Source of the DNA: Coniocarpon cinnabarinum
Taxonomy: Eukaryota
Assembly (NCBI GenBank): GCA_051942205.1
Contig: JAVECO010000197.1
Location: 1 to 40,281, forward strand
DNA length: 40,281 bases
Direction: 5' to 3'
The notes beneath the pieces were generated by a model. That model was not told the origin of the DNA and did not search any database. It worked only from the letters and a program-made list of their open reading frames with translations. This document shows, piece after piece, positions 22,517 to 33,694 of the stretch. Numbering within the stretch: position 1 is the first letter of the stretch; each line of letters opens with the position of its first letter. The translations under genes were made by a program, and so were the position numbers.

Positions 22517-23091
22517 GTAGAGGAATCGAGGTTTTTTGAGAAATAGGTGTTGTGTTTGATGCGCGATCTTTGGCCTTTGCAGTGGGTGTTTGTGAGATGT
22601 TTTGTTGGCGACGATGAGGTCTACCGCAGGAGGCGAGTTCTGGTAGTGAAGGGGGATTGGTGAGGATGAGTAGAGTGTGGAAAGGCAAGCTGGTAAGGAT
22701 GAAGGGCAGGGACTCAAGGTAAAAGCAGTCAAGCATGAGTACGAGGTGTCGCAGCATCTCTGTCAGACACCAAGGTGCCAGCGGCAGCGGCACGAAGGCA
22801 GGTAATGTTGACAGGAAGAATATGTTGTATCGTCACAAAGCTACATGAGAAAGATGAAACCCAAAGCCCAACCTTGAAGCCTGGTCCAGAGACCAAGCCA
22901 GCAAAGTTAGGACGCTCACTGAGTTACTCGCCGAAGCGACCCTCAAAGCTAGCCCAAGGAATTTAAACCTGAATTTAGGACATCCACCGAAGTCGAACTT
23001 GACAAAACGCCGTTCCGTCCAGTACTCACCCGTCAGACCATCAAGCCGGAGCGAGATCAACGGGGTACGGCTCAGACGATTGACATGTCGT

Positions 23092-23243
23092 GGCGGGTTC
23101 AACACAACTGGGGGTGCAGAATTGGCGCTGGCGGCCTCAACGCATTTGGCGATACGAAGTTGGCGCTGGCGGATTCGACACACCTGGAGTTGCGGGATTG
23201 GCGCTGGCGGATTCGACACATCTGGCGATGCGGAATTGGCGCC
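23092..23243. repeat. Degenerate 38-bp minisatellite, 4 tandem copies
   Basis: Units start at 23092, 23130, 23168 and 23206. Approximate consensus GGCGGATTCRACACAYCTGGCGDTGCGGAATTGGCGCT. No indels between copies. Confidence 0.9.
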
Positions 23244-26200
23244 CTCGCAAAACCAAACGTCTCGCAGCGTCCGCTCCTTGTGATCAAGCCGAAGCGATCC
23301 CAAACGAGAGTTTTTGCTGGTCGTCGACTCGGGATAACATGCGATGCGACCTCGAGGTGAAATGGCCAAGGTGAATCAAGCACCATGGTGTCTACCGAAT
23401 TTCAGAAGGACCGAGCCTCAAAGCCGATGAGCAGCGTTCCATATGCTCTGTTTGATGCAAGGCCGAAGGTGGTCGGGGCGAGGTTGGTACGGGTTAGCAG
23501 AGGCCGTAGCCAAAGCATGCCGGTCGCCTTGCGACGGGGGCGGACTGCAGTGAGGCTCGATCCAACAATACAGCAAACCAAAACTCAGTAAGAAGCAAAC
23601 CAATGGCTCACTTAAACCGACTCCTCAGTAAAGCAAGCCGGGTGACCAGCGAGCAACAAAGCTCCCCATCACCAGCAATCTGTCCACCGGATTCTCCACC
23701 CCGTTCAAGCCCGACACTTGTTAGGTGCAAAGCAGCCTTAAGGTCAAGCTCTCCCGTTGCGGAGGCACCATGGACGTCAAGCCAGGTCAGGGGAAGTAAA
23801 GCCTGAGAAAAAATGCTGCGCCTTTGTGCCCTGTGGGCTGAAAATTTTACCCCGAAGGGTAGCGGCGATAGACGATGTGATTCCGAGGAGAGAAAGAAAA
23901 AAGAAGAAGAGGAAGAGGAAGAGCGGCGGTAAAGTATTTGAACGTGATGCAGGCTTGGCACGCTAGCGATGGAATTACGTTGAGCCGGTGGCGGCGGCGG
24001 TGATTCCGAAGGCAGCAGCGCGGGTCACGCGGTGGACAGAGGCCGCAAGGCAGGTGACGACAGTGACGGGAAAAAGACGCGGTACGCGGGGTGGAAGAGG
24101 TGTTGTCGGGGGGACGGGCAGGACGTGACGCGTGGCGATTTCGAGGTGTCAGGCAAAATTGGGCAGATGAAAACATTGACATGTGAGTCTGTGAGCTCTC
24201 CAGACTCGTTAGATTGCATTGCTGGATGTGGAAGTATAGTGGAGCGCCTTGAGAGCTCAATATGTGGACGTGAGGAGCGAATTCAGGACAGAAGGGGACT
24301 GCAGAGTACGAGGAGATTCAACGGGCAGGATCAGCAGCAAACCTCCAGAAAGTCACGCTTTGAAGGCTGGAGTAAATCACCAACGAGGAAGAGCGAAAAT
24401 GGCGGACGTTATGTGTGAAGACTGCGGTACGCTGAGAAAGATTGAGCCCCTACTTCGTTGAAGAAGCTACAAAAAATTACAAAAGCCTATCTTCAAGACT
24501 TGGGCTCAAGTTGACGGACGGTGGACTTGCGAGGCATGCAGCAATCCCAACACAAACTGCCATCCTTGCAGAATATTACGAAAACATGCCTTGCTCAAGC
24601 ACATCGTGTCGTGAGCAACGTAGAAATACGTTTTCGCTTGTGACAGCCGTGGAAAGCTGTAACAGAGCTACCGTGTTGCAAACAAAGCTCAAAGGAGTCG
24701 ATGTCTATAGTTTTCCTGATGAAAACCGCAACGCAGCGATAGAGAAGCAATCAGAACATCTGAGGCGGAATAGCGGGCAAATTCCTTGATGTCACTAATT
24801 GTGGAACCTCCTTCGCGTGGCAAAATGGATTGGCTGAGAATTGTTCGGAAATAGTGCGAGCAAGAACGATTCTCGAAGATCACCTTTATTCGTGGAGAAG
24901 CTCATATGGAAAATTGCAACAATTTTCATTGCATGACCAGATTCATCGTTGCTGCGAAGCCTACTTCTCACAAATAGCCGAAACCGAGCGATTCACGTTT
25001 ATAGTACACACACGCACCGAGAAAGGACTGAGAATGCATAACAGAGGAAGCACATGTGGTACATCACTGTGAATTCTTTTGACTCGCCACTGACCGAGCC
25101 ATTCACATAACTCCATGCTGTCAAAATCTGTTTGATCCTGGTCAATACTCTTCTGCATTGTCCATCAAATATGACCGACCTTCCAAGTTTGCACTGAACA
25201 GCAACGTTCTGAGCAGTCGCAGAAGACTGTATCTTCCTTTGACTGCTCTCTTCATGATTTCAAGGTTCACGATACTTTTCTCCTTGTAGACGGCTTTCGC
25301 AAGTGCATTCTGAATTGACAAGCTAGAGACACAAATTTTCGAGGTAGTTGGAGGCCTTGAAGTTCTGAGCCAGTCTACTTACTAAGACGGCTCTTGCTAT
25401 GGAGCCTGTCTCAATACCTCACGGCATTAACGAATATGCTCATGGAATGTGAAGGGCATTAACGAATTCTTGCTCTGCAATAACATATCTCGTGATGGGA
25501 AGACTCATTAACGTCTTTGTTGCAAGCGCCATTTGAGAGCTTTGCACGATATCAAGCTATTGAATGAACTTTGGTTCTGGATGAACGTTGCTTAGGACGT
25601 TCGAGATGATACTCTTCTCGGAGCAGACAGTGATTTATCTAGCGCTGATGGCTCTTTTGGGATCGTACAAATGCCGTGAAATGCAGGGTCTTGCTCGGGT
25701 CCCCCGCCCTCTGATGACATGCATGTGAACAGTAGCAAAGCCCGTTCTTCGACCAAGCTCCATCAGGTGATTTCATCCTCACATCGCGGTGGGTGCACAC
25801 GCGCAGGTGCTGTGAATTGTTGATGATGCCTCGACGCATCTCCGAGCCGGGGAGAGAGAAACTGGCAGCAAGATCGTTTCATCGACTCTCCATGCTTGCT
25901 AGGCGTGGGACTTCAGGTTAGATTGGATGAATAATTGAAGATCCCAGTTCAATGTCCAGTCGCTGCGGAAAGACATGATGACTCAGCTCCCATTTTCCAG
26001 AGCGGCGTGCTTGATTGTTCAATTCCCCAAGCCAATAAATCAAACCAATGCCATGGCTAGACCGATAGCGAAAGGTATAAGTCGGCTACAGATACCACTA
26101 AACGCGAAATCGTGGGAACGCGAAGTCGATTGCCTATTTGGCAGAGCATGCACTCCTACGAGCGTGCGCTATGAAACGACGTTTGGCCATATTATTTTAC

Positions 26201-27129
26201 CGGGCCCATATGCTTCCTCGCGCGTCACGCTAATGGAGCTTGTGAACAAGACATACAATATTATGAATTGTCTCTAACATCTGCGCTTTGAGTCTTGCAA
26301 TTGCCTGGACACCTCTCAAGACCCACAAAGACAGGAATGGCGGTGAGGAGAGTTTGCCAGGAGCTCTGTGACATTCAGATGACTACAAGAACCGCTTACC
26401 GCTCTCCGAAACATTACATCATGGGAAGGAGTTGAAAGCCGAAAATGATAAGCACCTCATCCGCCCAATCTAGACACCACCCCAAAGCCGATTTTGAACA
26501 TAGCGTGAGCATTTTGCAGCAGCTTTGTACTCAAGATTCAGGCCACGTTGAGGAAAGCAAGCACTGCATTCAGCTCGAGGTGTGCTCCAATGGGTATATG
26601 AGTGAGCGAGTCAGCTTCCATCATGAAGGGTGCTTGATATTGAGTGACTAAAAGCGAGGACATCTGGGGTATATTTGAACTAAGCGATTACCCTTATTGA
26701 AGCGCTGCTATGTTGTCGATATTTTTATGGAACAGCTGTTCTGGTACCGAAGAACAGTTTTCCTGACTCTACAGTATTTGTGGGGTGACACAAGAAGGGC
26801 TACTAATTAGAGACGGTCGCTGAATAATCATTTAGCCGAATGAAAACGATGTGAAGGTTAATTTGACTTTAAATCCATGCCTGGAGAGTATATGAACGTC
26901 AGGTCCTAATGCTTGAATCGTAATGACAAACTCGACTGTCAGAGTCGTCTTTGTAGCCTGTGCATCTTTATCAGATCTTACATTTCCATTCGTCCGCTCA
27001 CTGGCAATTGCGTGGCTGTGGCTTTAAGAAATGACTGAGCCTGAGAGATGTCCATCTGCTGAGGTAAGCATTTGAAGCTCTGGAAACGTTGCTCGCGGAC
27101 TGTCCAAGCGATAAGCTTCGTCTTCCCCA

Positions 27130-28845
27130 TCACCTCTTCTGCTTCTTGCTCTCTGGCCCTTCTGATTCGGGACTGGCTTCTCTGTACAGCGTTTCTGGTT
27201 GAGTCTGAGACCACGCATTCGTAAAGGTTGGGTCTTTCTCGGCCTTGTCCGCATACTTCAAAAGCGCCTCCCGTGGATCCTCGTCTCGCATGCTTGCCAG
27301 CGGCATCCTCGACACATGTCGCTCGTCTGGTTGATTCTGCTGGAAGGGTGTCGCTTCTGGTTTGTGCGGTCTTCTGGGATCTCTTGATCGCCCACTCATT
27401 GTTAGGCCCGTCTGTTTCTTGGCACGAGGACCAGTTCCAGGATTGACAATGCTATCCGGATTTATGCCGCCGCTTGTGTCCATGACACGGTTTGGATCAT
27501 CGTCAATGTGGCGATGTTTTGGCGCCTTCGACATGACCGAAATTGCGCCCTGCTTGGAGATGGCGGGATCAAACAGAACTCGAGTTGATCCGTCGGCTGA
27601 GGTAGTAACAATTTGGTTGATTTTGTCATGCCAGAAGGCGCTTGTGAGTGGTACGTTCGGCGAGACCGGTGTAACAAGCTCAGGCCTCAGGGTCGCGCTG
27701 TTGAATATATGCAGATCGCCGGTCGAAGTACCAGTCAGGATTTGGGAGCCTGAAGGCGAGAACCGGACAGAGCTAGTAGGAAACTGTGATGCCATTGACG
27801 GATAAGGTGCCGTGCGAAGTGCTGTTTTGAGCTTTCGGGTATCCCACAATTTGAGAGTGTCGTCGCCACCACGAGTGATAATCAGTCGGCCATCAGGACT
27901 GACGTCGAGGCTTGAAGTCCACGTTGAAGGCTCATGGGCGTCCACAACTTCGGCAGAGGGTCGGAGATAAGGGCCATTAGCAGGATATGTGACAAGAGAT
28001 CCATCGAATGCAGTCGCGACAAGAGTTGGTGCAGCGCTCTCTGAGCCGTGATACCTTACTGCCGTCATGCGACTGCGTCCTGCGCTCCCAGCCTGCTTGC
28101 TCTTGTGAACAATGACATTTTTCTGCTGCCGGAGGTTGTTGATATCCCAAACACGTAGCGTGCTATCTATACCCGCTGTGACGAATGTCTCCTCGCGAGA
28201 AGGATGCCAGTCGCCACATGTAGCTTCGCTAGTGTGGCCTTTGGTATGATGCAAATCCCTTAGGTACATATCGCCCTTGACAGTTGTGCCCCAGAGCTCT
28301 CCATCGCGGTCGTAGACCTTAACTTGCGGATGCGCAGTAATGATGAAGATGGAAGATGGGGAGTTTGGATTGAATTGCACTTGGTGAATGGGATGTGTCT
28401 CGTTACTTTGTGACAGCTTTGTCTCTGTTGGATCAAACGATTTGAAAGCGCGAATGGTCGTGGGATTCATGGAGCTTAGATCATGATACTTGACTGTACA
28501 ATCGGCACTCCCTGTAACCAGGCGATTCCCAGCAGCATCTAAAGTGGCTGCCGTGACAGCACGCTCATGGGTACGGATTACGAGCTCATGACTGACGGGA
28601 AACTCTGACTGGCCATCATCGTCGTCCGAGTCGTCCGAATCATTGCTATCACTCTTACTGTCAGATGCGCCTTCCACTGCTTTTTTTGCAAACTCATCGG
28701 CAGCACTCTCCTTGAGTACTTGTCTTCTGGCTTGATCAAGCTGGGCTTGGACATTCACGGTTCTTGCCTGCCGGCCGAATCCTTGCGGCATCTGACCTGC
28801 GAGACCAGCATCTTCAACGACTTCATATTCTTCTTCGTCGTCCAT
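27130..28845 (-). CDS. WDR70: WD40-repeat protein, WDR70/Gad-1-like
   Basis: KGDMYLRDLHHTKGH, FPVSHEL, RGGDDTLKLWDTR and C-terminal DEDPREALLKYA...AWSQTQP. Likely start MDDEEE at 28845; the longer ORF-track extension overlaps the RPL28 promoter and exon 1. Confidence 0.88.
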   Translation of the reverse strand: MDDEEEYEVVEDAGLAGQMPQGFGRQARTVNVQAQLDQARRQVLKESAADEFAKKAVEGASDSKSDSNDSDDSDDDDGQSEFPVSHELVIRTHERAVTAATLDAAGNRLVTGSADCTVKYHDLSSMNPTTIRAFKSFDPTETKLSQSNETHPIHQVQFNPNSPSSIFIITAHPQVKVYDRDGELWGTTVKGDMYLRDLHHTKGHTSEATCGDWHPSREETFVTAGIDSTLRVWDINNLRQQKNVIVHKSKQAGSAGRSRMTAVRYHGSESAAPTLVATAFDGSLVTYPANGPYLRPSAEVVDAHEPSTWTSSLDVSPDGRLIITRGGDDTLKLWDTRKLKTALRTAPYPSMASQFPTSSVRFSPSGSQILTGTSTGDLHIFNSATLRPELVTPVSPNVPLTSAFWHDKINQIVTTSADGSTRVLFDPAISKQGAISVMSKAPKHRHIDDDPNRVMDTSGGINPDSIVNPGTGPRAKKQTGLTMSGRSRDPRRPHKPEATPFQQNQPDERHVSRMPLASMRDEDPREALLKYADKAEKDPTFTNAWSQTQPETLYREASPESEGPESKKQKR

Positions 28846-29077
28846 GGTTAGTTCAAGGCGACTCCTAGTGGCCCTAGGGATCAGACTCACCTGCAAAGAA
28901 AAGAGAAGACTCCTGATATTGGCCTCGACGGCTGAGGCACATGGATCTTCATGCCTGAGAAATTTGGCAAAAAGTCTGAACAGCCTACCGGAGTTAAGGG
29001 CAGCTCCGCCCACTGATCTTGTCAATTTCGTTAACTCTGGCTTGAGCACACCACCAAGCGGAGCAAACATATCCACA

Positions 29078-29679
29078 ATGGCGTCAAACGTGAGCGAAGA
29101 TCTTATCTGGTAGCCGTGACCATGCAAGACCCTTTTCATTGAGCATTACTTACGTATCGCCAGGGAGATCACCAACAAGCACAATTCATATACACACAAG
29201 CAAAGAAGCGGCAACCGCGTGCTCCTTTCGCGCGACCCTTTGAATCTCACGAACAAGCACTCGCGCAAATATGCCGGCGTCGTAAGAGACCGAGTCAGTG
29301 CCATTATTTTTGCGAGACAAGGGAGATCAATCACTTGCTGACAAGTCATTTTCCCAAGGCCATTGGCGTTCAGGCAGCCCCACCGACAAAGGACGGTCCG
29401 TCGAAGGGCATTGTCGTCACGACGAAGAAGCCAGGTCAGGTCAATCATCCGAGCAAGGACCTCGTGAAGACACAGTATGCCGGGTCTACCTCCGGCAGAA
29501 GAATCTACAGAGGCATCGCCAATGCCACGGCCAAGCGCGGCTATCGACCCGACTTGAGACGAGAAGCGATCGCACGCGCGAGTCAAATCAAACGCAGCCA
29601 GGGCAAACCGAGAGTAGCTGCGGAGAAGAAGCCAAGGGGAAAGAAGGCGAAGAAGGCGCTAGAGAAAGAGGCCTCGTAG
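29078..29679 (+). CDS. RPL28: 60S ribosomal protein eL28
   Basis: Exons 29078-29109, 29164-29293 and 29359-29679. MASNVSEDLIWEITNKHNS...LSRDPLNLTNKHSRKYAG...GYRPDLRREAIARAS with a Lys-rich tail. Confidence 0.93.
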
Positions 29680-30230
29680 AACACCTCAAAACGGCGATGT
29701 ATCTGCACACTCAACTATGGCTGATTGCAGTACGAAGAGGTGTTCGGCTGTACAGACCAGGTATCATGCAATCTGGTCTTGACCCATACTCCGGTTTGCA
29801 AGTCACAATGAGCATTACCCAAACCATTGTCCATGGTGGATTGCTGTCGCACGCAGTGCAAATATGTCGCCCAGTGATCTTCCGAAGCATTTTGGTGACT
29901 CAGCTTCTGCTAGGTAGCTGTTTAGATCCGTTGCGGAGTGTTCGACCTCCTTTGCGCTCAGAGGGGAAAGCGACCGCGTTCTGATCATCTGTTTGGTGAA
30001 GGCGTATACGCCTGATTTGTAAGTCTCGGATCTGGGGGCTGAAATGGAGGAATTCCGCCAATCAACGCGTAGACCCTTTCACGTGCAGATCGCCGCGACT
30101 TGCTTGTCCATCGTCAACGGGGTCTTGGATTTCTCACAGACTGCTACGCCCATGCCGTGGTGCACTCTTAGCTGATCTAAAGTGCTTATGTGAAACGGGC
30201 AATGCTTTCATAGCCAAAGTACCATACAAC

Positions 30231-32690
30231 ATGCCATCGCGCATCAGGCAGAACCCGGCAGAGGACGGATTTGCCGTGCGCCAGATCATCGCATCAAACA
30301 ATGACGGGGACTTCCTAGACCATTTGGTGGAGGGCATGCGGAGCACGAATCATAATGACCTTCTGTGGGCCCTCGACAAGCTTTGTAGTGATCGCGATCA
30401 TGACATTGAGTACATGTGCACGCATAATGCTGGGGAATTTGTCGGCTCTGTGAATAAGCTCGACAAAGCCCGAGAGGACTGCACTAGCCTGGGAAATGAT
30501 ATTCTGAATCTTGTCCAGTCGTACCAAGACAGCACTGATAACCTTGCCGAGCAGAAGAAAAACCTTGTCGACTCAAAGAACGTACGCCAGAACATCGACG
30601 AATCCGCGGAGGCCCTGAAAGAATGCCTGGAAGTGCTCAGACTCGCAAACCAAGTTCACGATCTAGTTGCAAAGCAGAACCACTACGCCGCTCTTCGTGC
30701 CCTTGATGAGTTGCAAAGTCTCCTGCGTGTCCGGGAAAGCGCGCGGTACAAAATTGGGGAGCTCATTGAGAAGTCGATCCCCGCGACTCAAAAGATGATA
30801 GCAGAGGCCGTAATGAGCGATTTAAATACCTGGCTCTACCGCATTCGCGACGTCTCACAATACATTGGCGAAGTGGCTTTCTTTCATACGGAACAGAGAC
30901 GAACGCGGCAGAGGGAAAGGGCTGCAGCTGATCCCGGCCTGGCACCCTTCAAATTAAACTCACCGCTAGAGCTGGTTGCTGACGAGACCGAAGAATACGA
31001 CGTCCTCAACGACGACGAGGCGGAGCTCCACGTCGACTTCACGCCTCTCTTCGAAGCTATTCATATTCACGAAGCGCTGGGTCAAAGTGACCGTTTTCGC
31101 AGCGAGTATGCCGTTACGCGACGGAGGCAGAAAGACTTGATCGTGCCGCTATCGCTCAAGATTGACGACGAAGAAGCTTCTGAGCTCAAAACCATGCTCG
31201 AAAGTATTGCCGGGTTTGCGATTGTGGAGCGTGAGACGGTGAGGCGGACAGACAACCTTCGAGCGTCTGTGGACGTCGATGAGTTATGGGACTCGATGTC
31301 ACAGAGTGCCATAACGATGATGTCTAGCGCGGTTCTTGCCATCGAAGATGCAGAGATGTTGCTCAAGCTCATTGGCGTGATTTCGCTTTTCGTGCAAACG
31401 ATGGAGACCCTGCAATTCTTTTCGCAGGGACTGCACTCATTGCTCATGTCCCTATTTGAGAAGTATATTCATCTGTTGAAGCGAAGATGTGCCGACGACT
31501 TTTCCGAAATCCTTGCGACCGACGACTACATGCCGATGTCGATGAACAGCCCAGAAGACTACGAAAAGGTCATGGATGTAGTCTGGTACACCCCTGAGGT
31601 GCACAAAGATGCTTTGACATTTCCGGTCGTCCTACCTTTCAGCCAGATGTACCCAATGTGCTGCCACGATGTTCGCAGCTTCCTGAGTCAAGTGTACTCT
31701 GCACCCGAAGACTACATCAGCCGCTCTAGCCAAATCGATGATGCGATCCGCGATTCACTTGACGAGTTGCTCGGAGATCGAATCTGCGAACCCTTGCTGC
31801 AGCGCTTGTCTTCACGGTATCCTGGTATCATTGTACAAATCCTCACCAATCTTGAACATTTTGAGAGCACTTGCGAAAGATTACAAGTCGAGTTGGGCGA
31901 GCAACGCACATCGCGGTCTAGAACAGGTCCAATCGTTCTGAGAGCTACGCAGGCCTTCCGAGACGGCAAGGAGCAGGCGAAGAGACGAATTTTTGAGCTT
32001 GTGAATTCCAAGGTTGCTGAGCTCATCGAGACAGCAGAGTACGACTGGTACGTATTTGCACTCTGCCCTGGCGTGCGACTGAAATTGCTGACGTACGTAC
32101 GTAGGTCGACACGGCAGGAGCCGCAAGAACCCTCTGAGTACATGACTGCGTTGACACGCTGGCTTTCCAACACGATGAGCTCTGTGCTTCTCGGCATTCC
32201 GACAGAGGTAAAGGACATGATATACTTCGACGCGCTTAGCCAGGCCTCTTCAGATCTCTTAGAACTTCCTCTTGAATCATCGGTAACGATGGTCACTCCA
32301 GCGGCGCTGCAACGGCTGTCGTTGGATGTCACTCATCTTGCCAATTTTGTTTCCTCATTAACCCCTTCGAGTAACCCCAATCGATCTTTTCCCACTGCTA
32401 TCGCACCGTTGGTGCAATCCGTTGCGCTCATGCTGGCAGGGCCGGAAAAGGCTGACGAATTCTATGACTTGAATCAGCGCAATGTCAAGTATGCGGCCGT
32501 CGACCCCCAAATGGGACCGCAACTGCTGGACAAGGTCGACCGAGGCAGTGAGGTCGGGGTAGTTGGCGTTGGAGACGAAACAGCGAAAGGTGGCGCTGGT
32601 CTGGATAGATTCAAGGCGAGTGAAAGATTTGCCGGCGTCATGAACGCTTTTCGCGGGGTCGGACGCGTAGCGGACAGTGGCGAATCGTAG
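30231..32690 (+). CDS. SEC15: Exocyst complex component Sec15
   Basis: EFVGSV, HYAALRALDEL, VDFTPLFEAIHIH, DDYMPM, LPFSQMYP and IFELVNSKV...ETAEYDW. One in-frame 57-nt intron at 32048-32104 (GTACGT...GCTGAC...TAG). Confidence 0.93.
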   Translation: MPSRIRQNPAEDGFAVRQIIASNNDGDFLDHLVEGMRSTNHNDLLWALDKLCSDRDHDIEYMCTHNAGEFVGSVNKLDKAREDCTSLGNDILNLVQSYQDSTDNLAEQKKNLVDSKNVRQNIDESAEALKECLEVLRLANQVHDLVAKQNHYAALRALDELQSLLRVRESARYKIGELIEKSIPATQKMIAEAVMSDLNTWLYRIRDVSQYIGEVAFFHTEQRRTRQRERAAADPGLAPFKLNSPLELVADETEEYDVLNDDEAELHVDFTPLFEAIHIHEALGQSDRFRSEYAVTRRRQKDLIVPLSLKIDDEEASELKTMLESIAGFAIVERETVRRTDNLRASVDVDELWDSMSQSAITMMSSAVLAIEDAEMLLKLIGVISLFVQTMETLQFFSQGLHSLLMSLFEKYIHLLKRRCADDFSEILATDDYMPMSMNSPEDYEKVMDVVWYTPEVHKDALTFPVVLPFSQMYPMCCHDVRSFLSQVYSAPEDYISRSSQIDDAIRDSLDELLGDRICEPLLQRLSSRYPGIIVQILTNLEHFESTCERLQVELGEQRTSRSRTGPIVLRATQAFRDGKEQAKRRIFELVNSKVAELIETAEYDWYVFALCPGVRLKLLTYVRRSTRQEPQEPSEYMTALTRWLSNTMSSVLLGIPTEVKDMIYFDALSQASSDLLELPLESSVTMVTPAALQRLSLDVTHLANFVSSLTPSSNPNRSFPTAIAPLVQSVALMLAGPEKADEFYDLNQRNVKYAAVDPQMGPQLLDKVDRGSEVGVVGVGDETAKGGAGLDRFKASERFAGVMNAFRGVGRVADSGES

Positions 32691-33694
32691 GCACAACAAA
32701 AGGCGTGTACACCGCGAAGGCGCCCGACAAAAAGCTCTCAAATTTAAAAAATCCAAGCGACTACGACCGGGGAGCACGCATCACAATCACTTTATTCCAA
32801 AAGCCAATTGCCATGGGAAACAAAATCTGGTTGGCCGGACGGCCCTCCAAAGGCCAGAAGTGTCATAGTGAAACATCCCACAGCACTGGAGCAATGCCAA
32901 GCCTACACCTACACTCGCCCACCTCATACGGGCCCCTCCGCGAGACACAACGACGATCTCATTTCTGCTCCAGGACTCCAAACCGTCAAGTCCCTCACTC
33001 AGGCACGTGCACCTTCTCTATCTGGTCCCTCCCCAGCTGTCCCCGGCGGTCTCGGAGGTGCCATCCGTGGATGCACCGGTATCACCTTGAAAAAAGAATC
33101 AGGACCGGAAGGACATGTCCCCTCCGCTAGTCGCCTCCCACACCTCGCACGCCTCTCTGCGAGTCCGGCTGACCTTCTTTCCTGTCACCTCGCTCGCCAC
33201 ATCGAGATGTCGACACCGCTGCTTGGTCCTCGCCCTCGACACGCTCCCGAATCAGCAATTTCCTCACCTTGAATCCTCTCCGCCCGCGCTAGTGTGTCGG
33301 CGTCCCCATGCCAGCCACCCTCGTTGCTTCACCTCTGCTGTATTCTGACGGTGCGCTTTCCTCATTGGCCAATTTTGCCAGATGGGTCGTCGATGGTGTC
33401 ATGCAGAGGTCATGCGATCTCTCGCTGCCGGATTTCGGCGTCTCATTTTCCTCCGGGAAGGTGGGCGCAGAGCCTCACTCAGGACGGAGTTGCGGTGGGC
33501 GTCGATGGTGACGGTCTCGACCTGCTCCCCCGCCCTTTTTACCCACACCGTCTTTCCATATCCTTCCGGATACTTAGTCTTCTTCGCATACCCTTCTTCT
33601 CCTCCTCCTGCCAGTCGCTTTTCCCGTCATTCAGTTGCATTGTTTCGCGTTGTATTGCAGCGTCGTCCTCTCCTGTACTCGATTGGCAATCAAT

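Noticed and set aside
23092..23243. CRISPR array or tRNA gene interpretation of the 38-bp repeat
   Set aside because: Units are contiguous without unique spacers, the context is eukaryotic, there are no cas genes, and I could not build a cloverleaf.
22000..27000. A meiRNA/sme2-like lncRNA partner for the nearby Mei2-like gene
   Set aside because: Only scattered TTAAAC hexamers (about 22963 and 23612) and no DSR-like cluster. Proximity alone is not evidence.
28846..29139. 98-aa N-terminal extension of WDR70 in the ORF track
   Set aside because: It overlaps RPL28 exon 1, intron 1 and the shared promoter. MDDEEE at 28845 is the more plausible start.
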